From: Hemiscyllium ocellatum
Lineage: Eukaryota
NCBI RefSeq assembly: GCF_020745735.1
Contig: NC_083429.1
Location: forward strand, 21,619,877 to 21,683,876
DNA: 64,000 bases
Direction: 5' to 3'
Below, in pieces: positions 61,960 through 64,000 of the stretch (position 1 is its first letter; each line of letters begins with the position of its first letter). The notes below the pieces were generated by a model. The model was not told the DNA's origin, did not search any database, and saw only the letters and a list, made by a program, of their open reading frames with translations. Both the position numbers and the translations under genes were made by a program.

Positions 61960-62320
61960 CTTTAAGATTCACTCCCAAGATACAAGCATCTAATCATGGT
62001 TGACACTTTAATTAGTACTGAGTGGATGATGCACTGTTGGAGGTGCCATCTATAAATGATACACAAAGCTGAAACTCCACCCATTGCCTCAGGTGGATGC
62101 AGAATATCCCATGACACTGTTTAAACGTTGAATAAAAGAATTCTCCAATACTTATCCTTAAAACAACATCAGTAAAGAACAAAATGATCTAGCTATACAT
62201 CTCATTGATGTTTGGGAGACCTTGCTGTACAAATTAGCTGTCAGGTTTCCTACATTACAGCAACGTTTACATTTTATGTACTTTCGGACATTCTGAAAGG
62301 CTCTTTTGAGGACATATGGA
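61960..62320 (+). mobile_element. Ancient Deu-domain SINE remnant
   Basis: GCACTGTTGGAGGTGCCATC...CTCAGGTGGATG..ATCCCATG...CTTGCTGTACAAATTAGCTG..TTTCCTACATTACA, resembling the Deu core as recalled. Confidence 0.7.
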
Positions 62321-64000
62321 CAAGGAGCATCTTTACTCAATATTTAACAATGCTTCAACTGGGTTGGAACATTTGATGAAGCAGTGTAGAGAGTATTTTG
62401 CTGTTTTCTAATCAACCTGTTCAGGAATGGTATTACACATCTCTAGACTAGATGGGACTTGAAGCCAGGCCTCTTAGCTCACAGGTAGGGACACTACCAT
62501 TGTGCCACAAGAGCTTGAGAGAGAGTTTTGTACAATGTATTTAACTTTCAGCACCTGGAAGTACTTGATTCTATTTTTGAACAACAAACATGCTCCAACT
62601 AATAGCAGAAAACCCCTAGCTGGATTTAGTTTGCTATGCAAACAATGCAATAACCCTGGTGCCATTTTGAGCTTTTATTATTGTGAAACTGGTAGTTTTT
62701 GTTTGGAGCATTTCATCACAAAATTAGATCAGGGTTCAAGACAGCTTTAGTAGTTACAAGTTAGAGAATTCTAGGGTGTTATCAAATACAAATATATTTG
62801 CAGCAACTCAAAAAGACCACTTTGAATGGTGCCTGTAAACTGCTTTGTCTTTTTAAAGGAGACAAGGAGAACCTTTGAAATCTGCAATATGCACAGTGCA
62901 TGATACAACTCAAATAACATGCTTACACTTGATTCAAAATGTGGACGCCATCAATTTCTGACATATAAACCAACTCTGTGCACAGCAACTTCTTTTCAAT
63001 GCTTTGCAGCTGTAAGGTTAAATCTATAACAGATTGTAAATAGTTGTGTTGAAGGGGATAAGAATGAGAAGAGGAAAAAGAAATTGGGACACCTTACAGA
63101 GAATAGATCTAGACTTGAAGTGGGAAATATTTAAAACATTCATAAGGAATGTTTCAAGCAAATGCACACTAAAAAGAACAAACTAGCTTATAAAGACACA
63201 GTAGATAAATACAAAGATTAGAAATAATTGTAACTAAAGAAAAAGAAAGGAATACACTCTGTACATAAACTAAGGAAAAGATGGCAAAAGAACATACAAA
63301 AAGGTTAGGAAATAAGTCAATAAAATTAGGAAAACAGAGATAATGAATTCAAGGAATACAAAAATAGTAATGATTTCTGCAGATACAAATAACAGAAACA
63401 TAATGGAGAATAGAGATAAGTTGCTAAACAGTCGCACTTGATAAACTCACAGGCATCAACAGCAAAATGTCAGAAATATCCAATAGACAAACTGACAGAG
63501 TTGTCATGACATTAGAAGATAACAGAACATAAGAAATGGAAGCTGGAAAAGGCCTTTCAGCCCTTCAGGCCTAGCTAATCTGCTATTTCAAAATCACAGC
63601 AATCCAAAAATCATACAAAGACATTTGAAATAGAGGTGGATGAGTTAATTGATAGAGTAATCAAATTTTAGAGACATTATAATAAATTTGTATGTAACCC
63701 TAGGTAGACCATGGTGTGAATAGTTTTAACCACAGTAGTATATAAAGGATATTGTGCACTAAAGAAACTGAAAATTAATTCACAGAATGATTTCAGCACA
63801 GAGGGAGAAAGAATTTAAAAGATTAGGATTCTATTCTCAACAGCAAAATACTGAGGGGAAAGCTGAAGGAAGCTTTCAAGCTTATAAAAAGAGTTTAGTC
63901 AGGTCAACATAGATAAATACCTACTTGCAGATGAAATACAAGATAATTGTTGATAAATTTAAAATTATTACATTATCCAGTCTGTTCTGAGAAAGTGGAA

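Overview
Vertebrate genomic DNA, very probably from a shark; this is inferred from HE1/V-SINE, Deu-SINE and CR1 repeats and from divergence of the two proteins from their human orthologues as recalled. The window holds two convergent, intron-rich genes. On the + strand are the last 10 coding exons of SRPRA (SRP receptor alpha; stop at 23468). On the - strand is an apparently complete coding sequence of FAM118B (SIR2-like; ATG at 61336, 5 secure exons plus 2 predicted short 3' exons, ~345 aa). Introns are packed with decayed transposable elements: CR1 LINEs, tRNA-derived SINEs, solo LTRs, a Tc1/mariner-type MITE, and a two-LTR Gypsy element with the unusual Gmr1-like order PR-IN-RT-RH. The most striking signal is about 15 Penelope-like (PLE) insertions. 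Many are palindromic and many have 8-15 bp target-site duplications. Most carry intact or decayed minimal type-I hammerhead ribozyme motifs (CUGANGA-stem II-GAAAC-GUH), with compensatory base changes between families. One is a 99-bp hammerhead-centred insert whose empty site is visible in the sister LTR. All calls were made by eye with no database searches, and repeat boundaries are approximate unless a TSD is given.
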